From assembly GCA_000388065.2 (NCBI GenBank), contig KB932207.1: a stretch of 30,788 nucleotides of DNA. One strand, given 5' to 3'. A program made the translations under genes and the position numbers. Each line of letters opens with the position of its first letter. The stretch's first letter is position 1. This document shows, one piece after another, positions 1-11,919 of the stretch. The notes under the pieces are model-generated. The model had not been told where the DNA came from. It ran no database searches and saw only the letters and a list, made by a program, of their open reading frames with translations. The stretch is from Fonticula alba ATCC 38817 (lineage: Eukaryota; Protista; Nucleariida).

Positions 1-129
1 CCCCCCCCGCATCCCTGGACCTGGAAATGCGGGAGCCCCCCCTGTCTCTCTCTCTCTCTTTCTCTTTCCATGCCTCTCCCTCTCTTGGCCTGTACCGGGG
101 ACGGATTCACTAGCCCCCCCTGGGATTTG

Positions 130-632
130 TCACCTTTCCGCGGGCGATGACCCGCGTTCGTTCCGCTGCGGCCTTTTGGCATGCGGCCGGGCATGCAGGC
201 TGGTCTCGGTGCCAGACACCCCTGCGCTTGCCCCGGCATTCCCATTATGCGTGCATGTGCACACACATGCACGCACATGCACGCGCATGCACACATACAT
301 ACGCGGCAGGCATGCCAGGCCGACCCTTCGCCCAGAAGCAATAGTCCCCAGCTGTGTCGGGCCAACGGCACAAGGGGGGAGCTGCTGCGCGCCCCAGAGC
401 GGGGGCAGGGCTAAAAAGTGCCCGCCTGCCTGTACGGGTGCACAGCCCCGCGCGCGCGCGATGTCAGGCACGAATCCCCCCCCCGGCGCGCCGGGGCCTG
501 TGCCAGATGACCCTGGCCCAGTGTGATCGCCCGGCCGCAGAGCAAGCCGGCCCCTCTGAAACGGTCGCTCACACCGGTGTGGGTGGCCGGAGGGGCAGAC
601 GGCCCGGGACAACAGGACCAGTACCGGCGGGG
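130..632 (-). CDS. Possible 3' fragment of a hypothetical gene running out of the 633-1045 gap
   Basis: The minus strand is open from the gap to about 303, followed by a GTATGT donor-like site, an RY-rich intron-like stretch, a GCGCAG acceptor-like site near 225 and a stop at 130. No recognisable homology; the GC-rich ORF could be spurious. Confidence 0.2.
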
Positions 633-1045
633 NNNNNNNNNNNNNNNNNNNNNNNNNNNNNNNNNNNNNNNNNNNNNNNNNNNNNNNNNNNNNNNNNNNN
701 NNNNNNNNNNNNNNNNNNNNNNNNNNNNNNNNNNNNNNNNNNNNNNNNNNNNNNNNNNNNNNNNNNNNNNNNNNNNNNNNNNNNNNNNNNNNNNNNNNNN
801 NNNNNNNNNNNNNNNNNNNNNNNNNNNNNNNNNNNNNNNNNNNNNNNNNNNNNNNNNNNNNNNNNNNNNNNNNNNNNNNNNNNNNNNNNNNNNNNNNNNN
901 NNNNNNNNNNNNNNNNNNNNNNNNNNNNNNNNNNNNNNNNNNNNNNNNNNNNNNNNNNNNNNNNNNNNNNNNNNNNNNNNNNNNNNNNNNNNNNNNNNNN
1001 NNNNNNNNNNNNNNNNNNNNNNNNNNNNNNNNNNNNNNNNNNNNN
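633..1045. other. Assembly gap (413 N)
   Basis: Run of N in the sequence. Confidence 1.
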
Positions 1046-1408
1046 TCCCTCTCTCCCTCCTCCCCCCCCCCGCCCTGCTCCTGCCTTGCCTGGCACTGTC
1101 GACGGATCCCTCCAGCGTCCCTCACTCCACTCCTCGCCCCTCCGACAACACGCGCGCGCACGGCACCCACGCGCTCGGCGCACACATACACACACACACG
1201 CGCACCCACCCGCCTGCGGCGCGCGCGCGCACCTCCACCTCCCCCCTCCCCTGACGCCCGTACGGCCCCCCCCCCCTCCCCTCCCCTCCCCCCTGCAGGC
1301 TCCCCGTTTCCCCGGCGATTGAGACTAACCCTCCAGCTCTCCGGACGCTCGCGCGCGCCTTCTCGCTCTGCCCTGCCCCCCTCCAGTCCATCCCCTCTTC
1401 TCGTCTGT

Positions 1409-3091
1409 ATGACCCAGTCCCCTCCCGTCCGGCCGCCGCTGAGCGGTAAACGCTCCTCGCCAGCGGTTCGCCCGCAGATGGACCCGATGCCCGGCTCGCC
1501 GACCGGCGCGCAGGCGGTCCGCCCGTTGCAGCCCCTGTCCCCGACCATGTCCCCGACATCGGCCCCGGGGCCTGCCGCCACCGCCACCGCCAGCGCCACC
1601 AACACAGCCACCTCCCCTGGGGGTGGTGCCGGCGCCGCGGCTCCGGGCCCCGGGCGCAAGTCCCCGACCCCCCGCCCGGCCCCGATGCCCGGCACCACGG
1701 CCGGGATCTCCTCGGCCGCAACGTCGACCGGCACCGTCCGGCCGCCTCTCAACCCGCCGTCCGGGTCCCGGTCGCCCCCTCCGGCCGCCGCCGGCGCCGC
1801 GGTCGCTCCCGGGAGCCCCCCTCCCCGGGGCAACCCCACCGCCGGGCGTGGCTCTCCCCGGCCGGTTCGCTCGCCGCCAGGCTCCCCGGCTCAGTCACCG
1901 CGCGCCGGGTCCTCCGGTCCCGCATCTCCCCGCGCTGGCAACGGCAATGGCAACGGCAATGGCAATGGCAACGCCGGCCGTGGCGGTGGTCCGCCGAATG
2001 GTGGCCCACGCGCCGGCGGCTCCCCTCCTGCCTCCGTGGCCGGTGTCACCGGCGCCCAGCCAGGCCCGGCCGCCGACTCGGCCGCCGACACCCCCGCCGC
2101 TCCTCGGGCGCAGTTCCCCGTGTGGATCAATCTCCTGGAGGCTGGCAGCCCGGTGACCATCACCCTGAAGGCCCCGGCGGCGACGCCGCTGTCCGGCATC
2201 GTGGCCGCCCTGCACTTGGACCACGGGGTGGTCATCCTCTCGCTGATGGCCCAGCCGCCGTATCACTCGGCCCCGCCGCGCCTGCTGGAGTCGCACCTGG
2301 TGTTCCTGGCCCAGGTGGAGTCGGTGGTCCCGCTGGACCTCAGCACCGTTGCCGGGCACCTGCACCACTTCGGCCCGGAGCGGAGCACCCTGCCGGCAGC
2401 CGAGCTGGCCCGCATCAACCATGTTGTCCCGCTGGCGGAAATCCAGTCGGAAATGTCCCGCTGGGCGCGCGAGGCCAATCGCCATGTCCGTCGCATTGCC
2501 CCGGAGACCGTGTCCAACCTCGGCCAGAAGGTCTTTGATCATCTGTTCCGGACGTGCGTACGGCAGTTTGTGACCTCGCCTCCGGCCCAGCACCTGTCTT
2601 TTTTTATGCCGCTGCCCCGGCGCCATGCTCCCCCACGTGCCCCCTCTAACCGATTGCTTGGCCTCGGCACACGCACACGCACACGCACACGCATACCGCG
2701 CGCTTAGCATGCCCTGCAAGTGGGACGGCACGTCGATCGTTGTCATGGATGATGTGGTCATCGCCGGGCCGCTTTACCGACCGGAGGATACGACCCTGCT
2801 CCACCCGACCGACGCCTCGGGGAATGAATCATCATCAATAGCCCTTGGCCGTGTTCGCCAGCTCGTGCGTTGCCTCTTTTCCCTTTTCCCTTTTCGCTTG
2901 TCTGTTCCTCCTCCTTCCACATGGTCTGTGCCCCCCCTGCGCCTCCTTGTCCGATGCGCCTCGGGAGGTGATACATGCACCCCGTGCCCCGGGGAATTGT
3001 CCACTGACACGCCCCACTTCCGGATGTGTTGCTGGGCGGGGGGGCCTCCCGCGCGCAGCTCTCCAAGGCACACTCCCAGATCCAAGCCTGA
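1409..3091 (+). CDS. LSM12: LSM12-like protein (Lsm fold plus anticodon-binding AD domain) with a long Pro/Ser/Gly-rich N-terminal extension; 3 exons: 1409-2553, 2708-2864, 3059-3091
   Basis: Lsm-like strands (GSPVTITL...LSGIVAALHLDHGVVIL...HLVFLAQVESV) are followed by an AD-domain pattern (SNLGQKVFDHLFRT|MPCKWDGTSIVVMDDVVIAGPLY...ALGRVRQL). GTGCGT donors at 2554 and 2865, a CTAAC branch site near 2646 and AG acceptors at 2707 and 3058 keep the frame. The last exon is less certain. Confidence 0.8.
1937..1972 (+). repeat. (GGCAAY)6 coding repeat giving (Gly-Asn)6 in LSM12
   Basis: ggcaac ggcaat ggcaac ggcaat ggcaat ggcaac, in frame. Confidence 0.9.
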
Positions 3092-4110
3092 GCAGGGGGG
3101 GGGCGCTCTCTCCCTGCCACCGGCGGCTGGCCGCCTGCCTTTTTTTTTTTTCGCCCCCGCCGCCACGCCCCACGCGTGCACCTGGGCCTACCTCCCTCCT
3201 CTCCTGCCCCTGTCCCCCCTCTCCCTTCCCCCGACCCATCCCCTTGACCTTGTTCCCACCCCCAACCTCCCCGCATCCATCTTCGAATATCAACCGCTCA
3301 AACCCCACTCAGGGCTGGAAAAGGGGGACGAGAGCGCTCTCGTGTGCCACCCTCGCGCCTCCCCGGCCATGATGCCGGCATGCCAGCACCAGACCTGCCA
3401 GTCCCTCTCTCCCACTGCCCTCCTCCCGGCACCGCCGCCGCCACCGCCATCGCCACCACCACCGCTGCATGCGCACGCCTTCCCCGCAGCCACCCCCCTC
3501 CTCTCACCCCTCACGAAAGGCCCTCCTCCCCCTCCTCCTCCTCCTCCTCCTCCTCTCTTCTCCTTCCACCGCCAGGGTGCGCTTGCCTTTCCCTGCCTCT
3601 TCCCCCTCCTCCATGCGGGCATCCTGCCCCCTGCCTGCGCCCAATGGTCGATCACACGACAACACGCTGCGCGCCGGACAGGCCCACACGCGACCATGCA
3701 GGAGGAAGGGAGGGGGGAAACGAGCATGCGAACGAGCAAGCGAAAGCAAGCAGACGACAAAAATGGCTGCCTCTCCGTGCGCACACGCACATACACGGAT
3801 GCGCATGACACCCCGCCCAATACATGTACAACATTCCACCGGCGCCATGCGTGGGTAGATCGGAATGGTGTTTCCCGACGTGGGCGTTGGTATCTGGGCT
3901 AATGGAGGGTGGTGGCCCGCGTTAGCCCGGCCTGTCTGTGATCGACAAGCAACGACCCGGAGGACCTTCTTCTCGAGCCGGCCTCGAGATTGAGGGGTGG
4001 GGGCGAGGAGAAACAGAGGGCGGGGCAGCAGAGCGGCTGTGCTTTTGGAGCCCCTTCGTGTTGCTCTTCTTTTTTTTCTTCCCCACCGGGGGAGGGGGGG
4101 GGGGGGGTGA

Positions 4111-4554
4111 TCAATAAAGGGGTACCCTGCCCGAACCTGGGGGGAGCAACGGGGCGGCGGCGGAGACGGGCGTCTTCGCGGCCATGCCCCTGTGTTGGAG
4201 CACGACAGGAAGCCTTGGAGCGCTGGCGTGCGGGTGGGGCGACAAGAGGGAGCCCCGTTTTTCTGGGCCCGGCCAATACTGCTTGCCATTAAACAAAAGG
4301 GCACTTACGGGGGCTGGACGAAAATCCATGCTTGTTCGCCGGTGAAGGGCATGCCCTTGGCGGAGGCCTTTTTCACGCTGCCGATCGGGAGTCTGAGGGT
4401 CTCTCCCCCTGGGGGGGGGGTCGGGAGGAATGCCGGCTGGGCGGCCCGGCGTTCGGCGGTGAACATCCCCATACAAAAGTACGTATACCGCAAATGCCCT
4501 CGGATAAATGAGCACCACAGATCCGGCATCCGCGGCGTCTCCGGCCGCGGACGA
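4111..4554 (-). CDS. Candidate last two exons (4554-4309, 4222-4111) of an unidentified hypothetical gene
   Basis: The frame RPETPRMPDLWCSFIRGHLRYTYFCMGMFTAE...GMPFTGEQAWIFVQP has mostly G/C third positions and ends at a GTAAGT donor (4308). An 86-nt intron to a CCAG acceptor (4223) keeps the frame to a TGA at 4111. Upstream exons were not resolved and no family was recognised. Confidence 0.35.
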   Translation of the reverse strand, partial: SSAAGDAADAGSVVLIYPRAFAVYVLLYGDVHRRTPGRPAGIPPDPPPRGRDPQTPDRQREKGLRQGHALHRRTSMDFRPAPVSALLFNGKQYWPGPEKRGSLLSPHPHASAPRLPVVLQHRGMAAKTPVSAAAPLLPPGSGRVPLY

Positions 4555-5127
4555 CTGGCGCGCTCGTTGGGGGCAGGCCGGGGGGGGGAGACGGGGAGAG
4601 CCTGGCGTCAGGACGGCCACGGAGGGGACAGCTATGAGTTGGCAGGTGTTCGTCGACCAGAGCGGGGACAGCCCTCTGCGGCCGGCCGGCTGGGACAACG
4701 GCCGGGGGCGGGGGAGTCATCCCAGCACGGGCAACTCCCCCAAATGGCGTGGAGGGGCCGCGAAGCGCCCCGGATCCCGCAGCCTTGGGCTGGGACTTGG
4801 GGCTGCAGCGCAGTGGCAAACAGCCAGACCGGACCTCGGGGGGGGGGGGGAACCGTTGCCCGTCCGGGCCTCTCCCCGTGCGGGGGGGAGGGCGGGGGCG
4901 GTGGTGCTTTCCTATCAGGTCATTTCAAGCTTCCTCGGGTGTCCGACCGGATCCCTCCCTTCCGGGACACACGGGCGGGGTCCGCGCGGGTGCTCGGCCC
5001 GGGCGGGCGACCAAAACAAAGGGCCCCGCCAGGACGCGCCCGGCCCTCCGGCCGTCGTGGCGGACCTGGCGTTCCCCGACTGGTTCCCGCCGGACCCCTG
5101 CCCCGCCGGCGAGAATGTGAGAGTGAC

Positions 5128-5187
5128 TGTGTGTGTGTGTGTGTGTGAGTGTGTGTGTGTGTGTGTGTGCGCGCGCGCGCGCGCGCG
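5128..5187. repeat. Compound (TG)n(CG)n microsatellite
   Basis: About 40 nt of TG repeats followed by about 18 nt of CG repeats. Confidence 0.95.
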
Positions 5188-5584
5188 ACGGCGCGCCGAC
5201 GCACGGGAGCCCCTGCTTTCTGGCACAGGGCGGGCCGGGGCAGGGTGAGGCACAATCCGGCAGATTTCGCCTCTTCCGCTGGCGTGTTGTCCGGCTTCGC
5301 CCATTCGCAGTGCCTCCATCCCCGCCCCTCCCTCCTGCCACTGGCCACCCCCTCCATCCCATTCTCCTTCTCCCTCCCTCTCTCTCTCTCTCTCTTTCGC
5401 TTGCCCGTCTCCTGCCCGCGCACCTGGCCTGACGTCGCTACCCGGAGAGGCGCCTCCTCCCTTCCCTGCCTGCACCCCCCCCCCCTCTCCTCCTTACTCT
5501 CCCGTGTGTAGGGGCCGCCCAGCCAGGTGTGTGGGTCCTCTTCCTCCCTCTCTCTCTCTCTTTGGCGATAGTGCCCTCCCGCCC

Positions 5585-5672
5585 NNNNNNNNNNNNNNNN
5601 NNNNNNNNNNNNNNNNNNNNNNNNNNNNNNNNNNNNNNNNNNNNNNNNNNNNNNNNNNNNNNNNNNNNNNNN
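5585..5672. other. Assembly gap (88 N)
   Basis: Run of N in the sequence. Confidence 1.
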
Positions 5673-5777
5673 CCCCCCCCCCCCTCCTCCCTCCCCCCGG
5701 CATGGTCCCGCAGTCACTCTTCTGCCCTCCCCTCCTAGCCCCGCCCGCGCCTGCCCTTGCTTGCTTGGGCTCGCGAC

Positions 5778-8700
5778 ATGGTTCGGCTTTCGCGCAAGAA
5801 GATCGACTTCGAGATCCCTCCCGACGCCGACTCGGAACCCGTCACCGACTACCGCGCCTTCGAGCTGGATGCCGGACATCTCTTCGACGACAGTCTCCCC
5901 ACATCCGCTCCCCTGTCTGCCTCTCCTGCCTCTCCGACGGCTCGCCCCTACGTGGACCCGACCGCGCCGCTGCTCGATTCTGCCACCGGAATGATTGTCT
6001 CCTCGGTCGGCTCGATCCAGGGCCGGGATTATGTGACCTCCATCCTGCCACTCAACAATGGGGCCGGCGATGACTCCGGTGACATCGGTGGCGATGGCGG
6101 CCCCGGCAACGACCAGGCCCTCACGGCCGATGAGCAGGACCACCTGGCCACCCCGACCCCGCCTCCCTACTCGGTCCTGGTCAATGCCGTGCGTGTCGCT
6201 TTTCGGCACGCCCCCCCCCCCTGTCATGTGGCCCCAACTTGCTCACCTCTCGTCTGTCCCCCCCCCCCCCCCCTCCCCCCCTCTCTCCCGGTAGACCTTC
6301 CCCTCCTCGTCCAAGCCTCCGTCCAACTACATCCGCACCACGAAGTACACCTTCTTGACGTTCCTGCCGCTGAACCTCTTCTCCCAGTTCAAGCGGTACT
6401 ACAACCTGTACTTCTTGTTCGCGTCGCTCCTGTCTGTGGCCCTGCCCGAGGCGTCGCCGGTCAGCCCCAGCCTGATGATTCTTCCCCTGTTGATGGTGGT
6501 CATTGTGACCATGATCAAGGATGCATTTGAGGATCTGATGCGCTTCTCGTGCGTCGGCATGCGTTTCCCTTTCTTCCTCTTCCCGCTTCGGTCTCCTCGT
6601 CTCCCACCCCTCCTCCTCCACCAATGGGGGCCCTTTCCCCCTGTGGGGCTTTGATCTCTGACCTTCGTCCCTCTTCTCACCTCCTCCCGGTAGGTCCGAC
6701 CGCGCGTCCAACTCGCTGCCGGTGCGGGTGCGCCGCAGCGGCGTCGCCGCCACAGGCAAACGCAGCCTCTCGAGCCAGCACCTTAGCCCGGACGACGACA
6801 TGTCCGAGGGCTTCCAGATGGTAGCCTCGCGTGACGTTTGTCCCGGAGACATTGTGCTGGTCAAGCGCGACGAGACGATCCCAGCGGACATTGTCATCCT
6901 GGCTTCCTCAAATACGGTGGTACGCGTCTACCCATCCGCCTGGTCTCTTTCTGTCCCTTTGGCTTGTCCTTTTTTCCCTCCCTTTGGCCTTTCCTCCTCT
7001 CCCCCCCTCCCTTTCCGCATCCTTTCGCGCCCCTCATACTTGATGTCCCATTTGTTCCCGCCTCTCTCTCCCCCCCCCCCTCTCTCTCCGCCTCCCAACA
7101 GGAGGGCCACTGCTTCATCCAGACGGCCCAGCTTGATGGTGAGACCAATCTCAAACGCCGACAGGCGGCCCTCCGAGGCGAGACCGTCGGCAAGGACTCC
7201 ACCAAGTCGGTATGTCAATGGCCTTCGCCATCTCCTCTGTCCACCTGTTGATCGTCGCCCTGCTCCTGGGGGTTCATCCAACTAATACCCCGTCCATGAA
7301 TAGGACATCCTTTGTTCTGCACGGCGAGATTACGGGCGCATCGATTGCGACGCGCCCAACGCCCACCAATATCACTTCGAGGGGCAGTTGGACTGGATCG
7401 TCCGCCAGCAAAGCGTCGGCCTGCAGATGGGTCTCGGCCCGGAGCATGTGGCCCTGCGTGGGGCGGTTCTGAAGAACACCGAGGCGGTGCGTGTCACTTC
7501 CATTTGCCCACCTTTCGCCTTGCCGCCCGGCTGTTTCTTTCTACCGCCCCTCCCCCCCCCTCCTGTCTCTCTGGTCCCTCGTCGCCCTTCCTCCCCATCG
7601 CTGCTCACACATCTCACACAACACTTCCCGGATACAGATCTACGGCGCTGTGGTCTACGTCGGAGCCGACACCAAGATCATGCGCAACACCATCGCCCCG
7701 CAACTGAAGCACTCAACCATGGAGTCCACCATCAACCAGTTGGTCCTGTCGATCTTCGTGCTGAACTTCATCATCCTGGCCTACTCGGCCGCCTCGTCGG
7801 CCATCTGGCACAAGAAGCACGGTGTGGCCGCCTGGTACCTGAACTGGACCGCGGCCGATACCAACTCCACGGTCGGTGTGTACCATCTGATCTCGTACTT
7901 TGTCATGTGGACCTACCTGGTTCCGATCTCCCTCTTCGTCAGCATGGAAGTGGTGCGCTTCTTCCAGGCGCTCTTCATGCAGTGGGACAAGCAGATGATG
8001 TCGCCGGAGATCGGCGGCAGCGGCGGCGACATGGCACGGTCCTCGGAGCTAGCCGGGACCGGGGCCAACCCCTTCGATTCGCCGCCCGCCCTGTCGGCCA
8101 GCTCGTCGCAGGATCGCCTGGCCCCGAAGATGATCCCCATGGGCGCCAACAATTCCAATCTCAATGAGGATCTCGGCCAAATCCAGCACATCTTTTCGGA
8201 CAAGGTGTGTTGCCGACTGGCCTTCCCCGCCCCTCCCCCCCCCCCCCTTCTTCCCTTCTTGCTGCCGCTTTTCCCTGTCAACTGGCTCCCCTGCTTGCCG
8301 GCTTTCTCGGGCCCTGCCTGCTTGTGCCTCTGGTCGCCTTTCCTCACCCCGTCGATCTTCCTCCCCCCCCTCCCCCCCGTGCCTGGCAGACCGGCACCCT
8401 GACGCAGAACCTGATGCGTGTATATGGCTGGTCGGTCGGGGCACGGACATACGTGGACCCGATCAACCTCCGCGACTCGGGGCTTGGTGATGCCACTGCC
8501 AGCACTGCCGCCGATGACCAGCCAAGTGACGCCTCGCGGGACCGTGCGTTCCCCTGTCCGCGTTTTTTTTTCCCTGCCCCTCCCCCCTCCCTCCCCTCCC
8601 TGCTTTCTGGTCTTCCTCCTCCCCTGCCTCGATGTCTGACCGCCAGTTGGCTCGTGGCCAGTCCTGTCGCCGAGCGCCCAGCCGCGTGACCTCCTCCGTA

Positions 8701-11700
8701 CGGCCATCCTCTCGGGGACACCCTTCGAGCAGGCGGCCGCCCAGCGCTTTGTCCAAGCGGTGACCCTCTGTGCCGGGGTGGTCTCCTCGGTGGCCGAGGG
8801 CGGGTCGATTGACATGGCGCCTCCCCTGGGGCTGGTGGTCGGAAGCCCGCCCAGTGCTTCGCGCGTTCCGCCGGAGTATGCCCATCCCTTGAACTACGAT
8901 GGCGATTCGCCGGATGAGCTGGCGCTCCTGTCGCACCTCCAGGCGCAGGAGGGCATCCGTCTGTTCACGGTCTCCGAAAAGGAGCGCGTCGTGTCGAGCG
9001 ATGTCTTCCCCGAGTACGAATGCCGCCCCTCTGTCGCTTTCGCCCCCCCCCCCCCCTTGCCATCCTTCAGCCTCGTGCACCTGCTCTTCCCTTCTCCCTC
9101 CCGGTGTCTGACCCTCCTGCCCCCCCTTGCGGCCTCTGCTTCGCAGTGGCTTCCAGCGCTGGACTTTGCACTACACCCTGCCCTTCAGCTCGGCGCGTAA
9201 GCGCATGTCTGTCGTCGTCCAGGACCAGTCCACCGGGGAGTACTTCATCTTCTCCAAGGGTGCGGACTCGGTGATCTTTGGCCTTTCGGCCGCGGGGCAG
9301 GCCGGCGTGCCGGAGTCCAGCCTCGACACGTTGGACTACCACCCGCGGGGCCTGGCCCTGACGCAGGGGTTCGTGGATGCCTTCGCGTCGACCGGTCTGC
9401 GGACACTGGTGTTCGGCTATCGGCTGCTGTCGGTGCGTGTTCCCTCTCCTCTCTCCGTCTCTCCCTCTCTTCACTGGCTGACTGCATCTTTTACACCTCC
9501 ATGTTCCTTCCTTGCCTCCATCACATTTGCATTGACCATGCACCAATCTTCCCGGACCCATGCCCCCCCCCCCCCCCCCCCCCCCCCCTCTCCCTCCCCC
9601 CACTTTAGGCGGATGAGTTCCAGACTTTCAGCGAGGCGCACCAGGCGGCCGAGATGATCGTCGGCTCGGGTGGCGCAGATGCCGGGCTGGCCGATGACGG
9701 CACGACTCCTCTCGGGGGTGGCCGTGCCGCGGCCCTGACCCGGGCGTACGCCCTGATCGAGCGGGATTTCCTGATCCTCGGGTCCTCCGCGGTGGAGGAT
9801 CGCCTGCAAGACAATGTGGCCCAAACCATCGAGCAGCTCCTTGCGGCGGACATCCGCTTCTGGCTGCTGACCGGCGACAAGATGGCCACGTCCATTGCGG
9901 TTGGCGTGTCGTGCGGGCTGGTGCAGAACGCCCCTGGGAATGGCACTGCCCCTGGCGTTGCCGGGCCGGCCGACGTCGTGCGCATCAGCGGCGCGCGCAC
10001 ACTGGCCGATTGTCGCCTGAAGCTGGTGGCCATTCTTGACAAGCTGACCCCCTCGACCAGTGCGTATGATGGCCCTGCCCGCCCCCCCCCCCCCCCCTTC
10101 CCCCTCCTCCACTCTTCGTCCTCCTCTGCTGCCTTCATTCCGCCCATCGCCCCCCGCGCGCGCCCTTCATCCGGTATGCCCCCGTCTCTGTGGCTCACCC
10201 CCCCCCCGCCCCTGCTCCCCCCGCCATCTCGCCTGGACACACCTCCGCAGCCATCGTCGTCGATGGGACCAGTCTCGTGAACATCCTCAAGTATCCGGAG
10301 CTGAGTGCGCACTTCCTGCAGGCGGCCAATCTGGCTCGGTCAGTCATCTGCTGCCGGGTGTCCCCGGCACAAAAGGCCGAGGTGGTGGATCTGGTGCGCC
10401 GTGAGTCCGGGTCTATCACCCTGTCCATCGGTGATGGCGCCAACGATGTGTCCATGCTGCAGGCGGCACACGTGGGCGTGGGCCTGCGCGGGCGCGAGGG
10501 CTCCCAAGCGGCCCGGGCCGCGGACTACACCCTCGGGGAGTTCCAGCACCTGGCGCGGCTGGTCATCATCCATGGTCGGTACTCGCTCATGCGCATGGGC
10601 GACCTGGTGACCTTCTCCTTCTACAAGAATGCCGCATTCATCATTGTGGTCTTCTGGTGGGGCTACCAGAGGTACTGAGCTGTCGCTCCTTTCTGCCCTC
10701 CCCTCCCCCCCCCCCCTTCATCTCTGTGCCTTGTGGCTTCGCTGTTGCTTGGCCCCGTGTCCTGTGCGGCTTGCCGAATGCTGACCCTCTCCCCCCTCTC
10801 CCCCCCCCCCCGGCGCCTCGCCTCTCGCACCCAGTGGCTGGTCCGGCGTGTCGCTCTTCAACGACCGCGTCATGGCCTTGTACAATGTGTTCTACTCGTC
10901 CTTCCCGCCCCTGTGCCAGGCCCTCTTCGACTTCGATGTCCAGGAGGGCGTGCTGCTCCGGGTGCCGCGGCTGTACCAGCAGCCGCGTGATGAGAAGATC
11001 AACTTCGGCGCGGTGCGCCTGGGCCGGTGGATGTTCGACGGCCTGGCCCAGTCGGGCCTCGTGTACCTGATCATCCTGGGGTCATTGAACTGGCTCGACG
11101 GGGCCGACCTCAACTTCGGATCGCTCTCGGTGCTGGCCTCCACCACGGTCATCACGCTGGTCCTGATGCGCCTGGCCATCCGGGTCCGGTCCTGGACCCT
11201 GTCCATCTTCTGGGCCTTCTTCTTCAGCCTGGTCCTCTATTACCTGACCATTTGCACGGTGTCGGCGCTGGGGTTCATTTTTGGAGGTCCGTCCGCGGGG
11301 GCTGCTCCGTTCGATTGTCCCCCGGGGCGCGGGGGCATCCTCCCTCCTCTTGGTGTCGGGGCCTTGCGCTTTGCTGTGCGCCACTAACATCCGCCCGTTC
11401 CGGCTTTCCCCGCGGCCTTTCCGTCTCCGTGCGTGCGCGCCCATGCCTTCAGGCTCGGTCCTGCACCTCTTGTCCAGCCCGTATGCGCACTTGGTCTCGG
11501 CGCTGGCCATCACGGCGGCCCTGCTGCCGGCCATCACCTTCGGCGCCTACCGGGCCCTGTTCATGCCGCATGATTCGCAGCTGGCCGTCGAGTCGGCCCA
11601 TGTGGGCAAGGTCGACCGCCTGGCGGAGGAGTCGGCCCTCGGCCGGGCCAGCCTTTCGCGCAGCTTCAGCTCGACCCTGAATCTGGGCGTGTCGCATGTC

Positions 11701-11919
11701 GACTCCTTCGGCAATGACGGCGATGACGATGGCCATGCCGGTGGGGCCGGCTCCGGGAGTGCCTATCTTCGCTCGAGCCGGTGGTCTGCCTCGGTGGATG
11801 ACGCGGCCGGCGGCCTGTCCTCCTCGATTGCCTATACGCAGGTGTCTAACTTTGCCTCGCAGCGCAACTCCTCGGGCAACTACTCGTCCGACGAGTCGCG
11901 GCCCCTCCTTCAATATTAG
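5778..11919 (+). CDS. P4-type ATPase (phospholipid flippase, DRS2/DNF/ATP8-11/ALA family), about 1443 aa. 13 exons: 5778-6188, 6295-6548, 6694-6919, 7102-7209, 7304-7486, 7638-8204, 8390-8543, 8662(or 8647)-9013, 9147-9432, 9609-10059, 10251-10671, 10835-11286, 11453-11919
   Basis: Motifs [30 protein letters not shown] (P4-specific TM4), DK|TGTLTQN (phosphorylation Asp split by intron 6), [48 protein letters not shown] and FYKN. All introns are GT-AG and the exon lengths sum to 4332 nt (1444 codons). Confidence 0.97.

Noticed and set aside
130-1839. ORFs that span N gaps (130-1839, 354-1322, 26961-28832, 27184-28074)
   Set aside because: Their length is inflated by runs of N translated as X. 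Only the recognisable sub-segments were kept.
9010-9147. Apparent non-canonical intron in the flippase N-domain
   Set aside because: It resolves as a standard GTACGA...GCAG intron (9014-9146) that keeps the frame. No AT-AC or GC-AG introns were needed in any gene.
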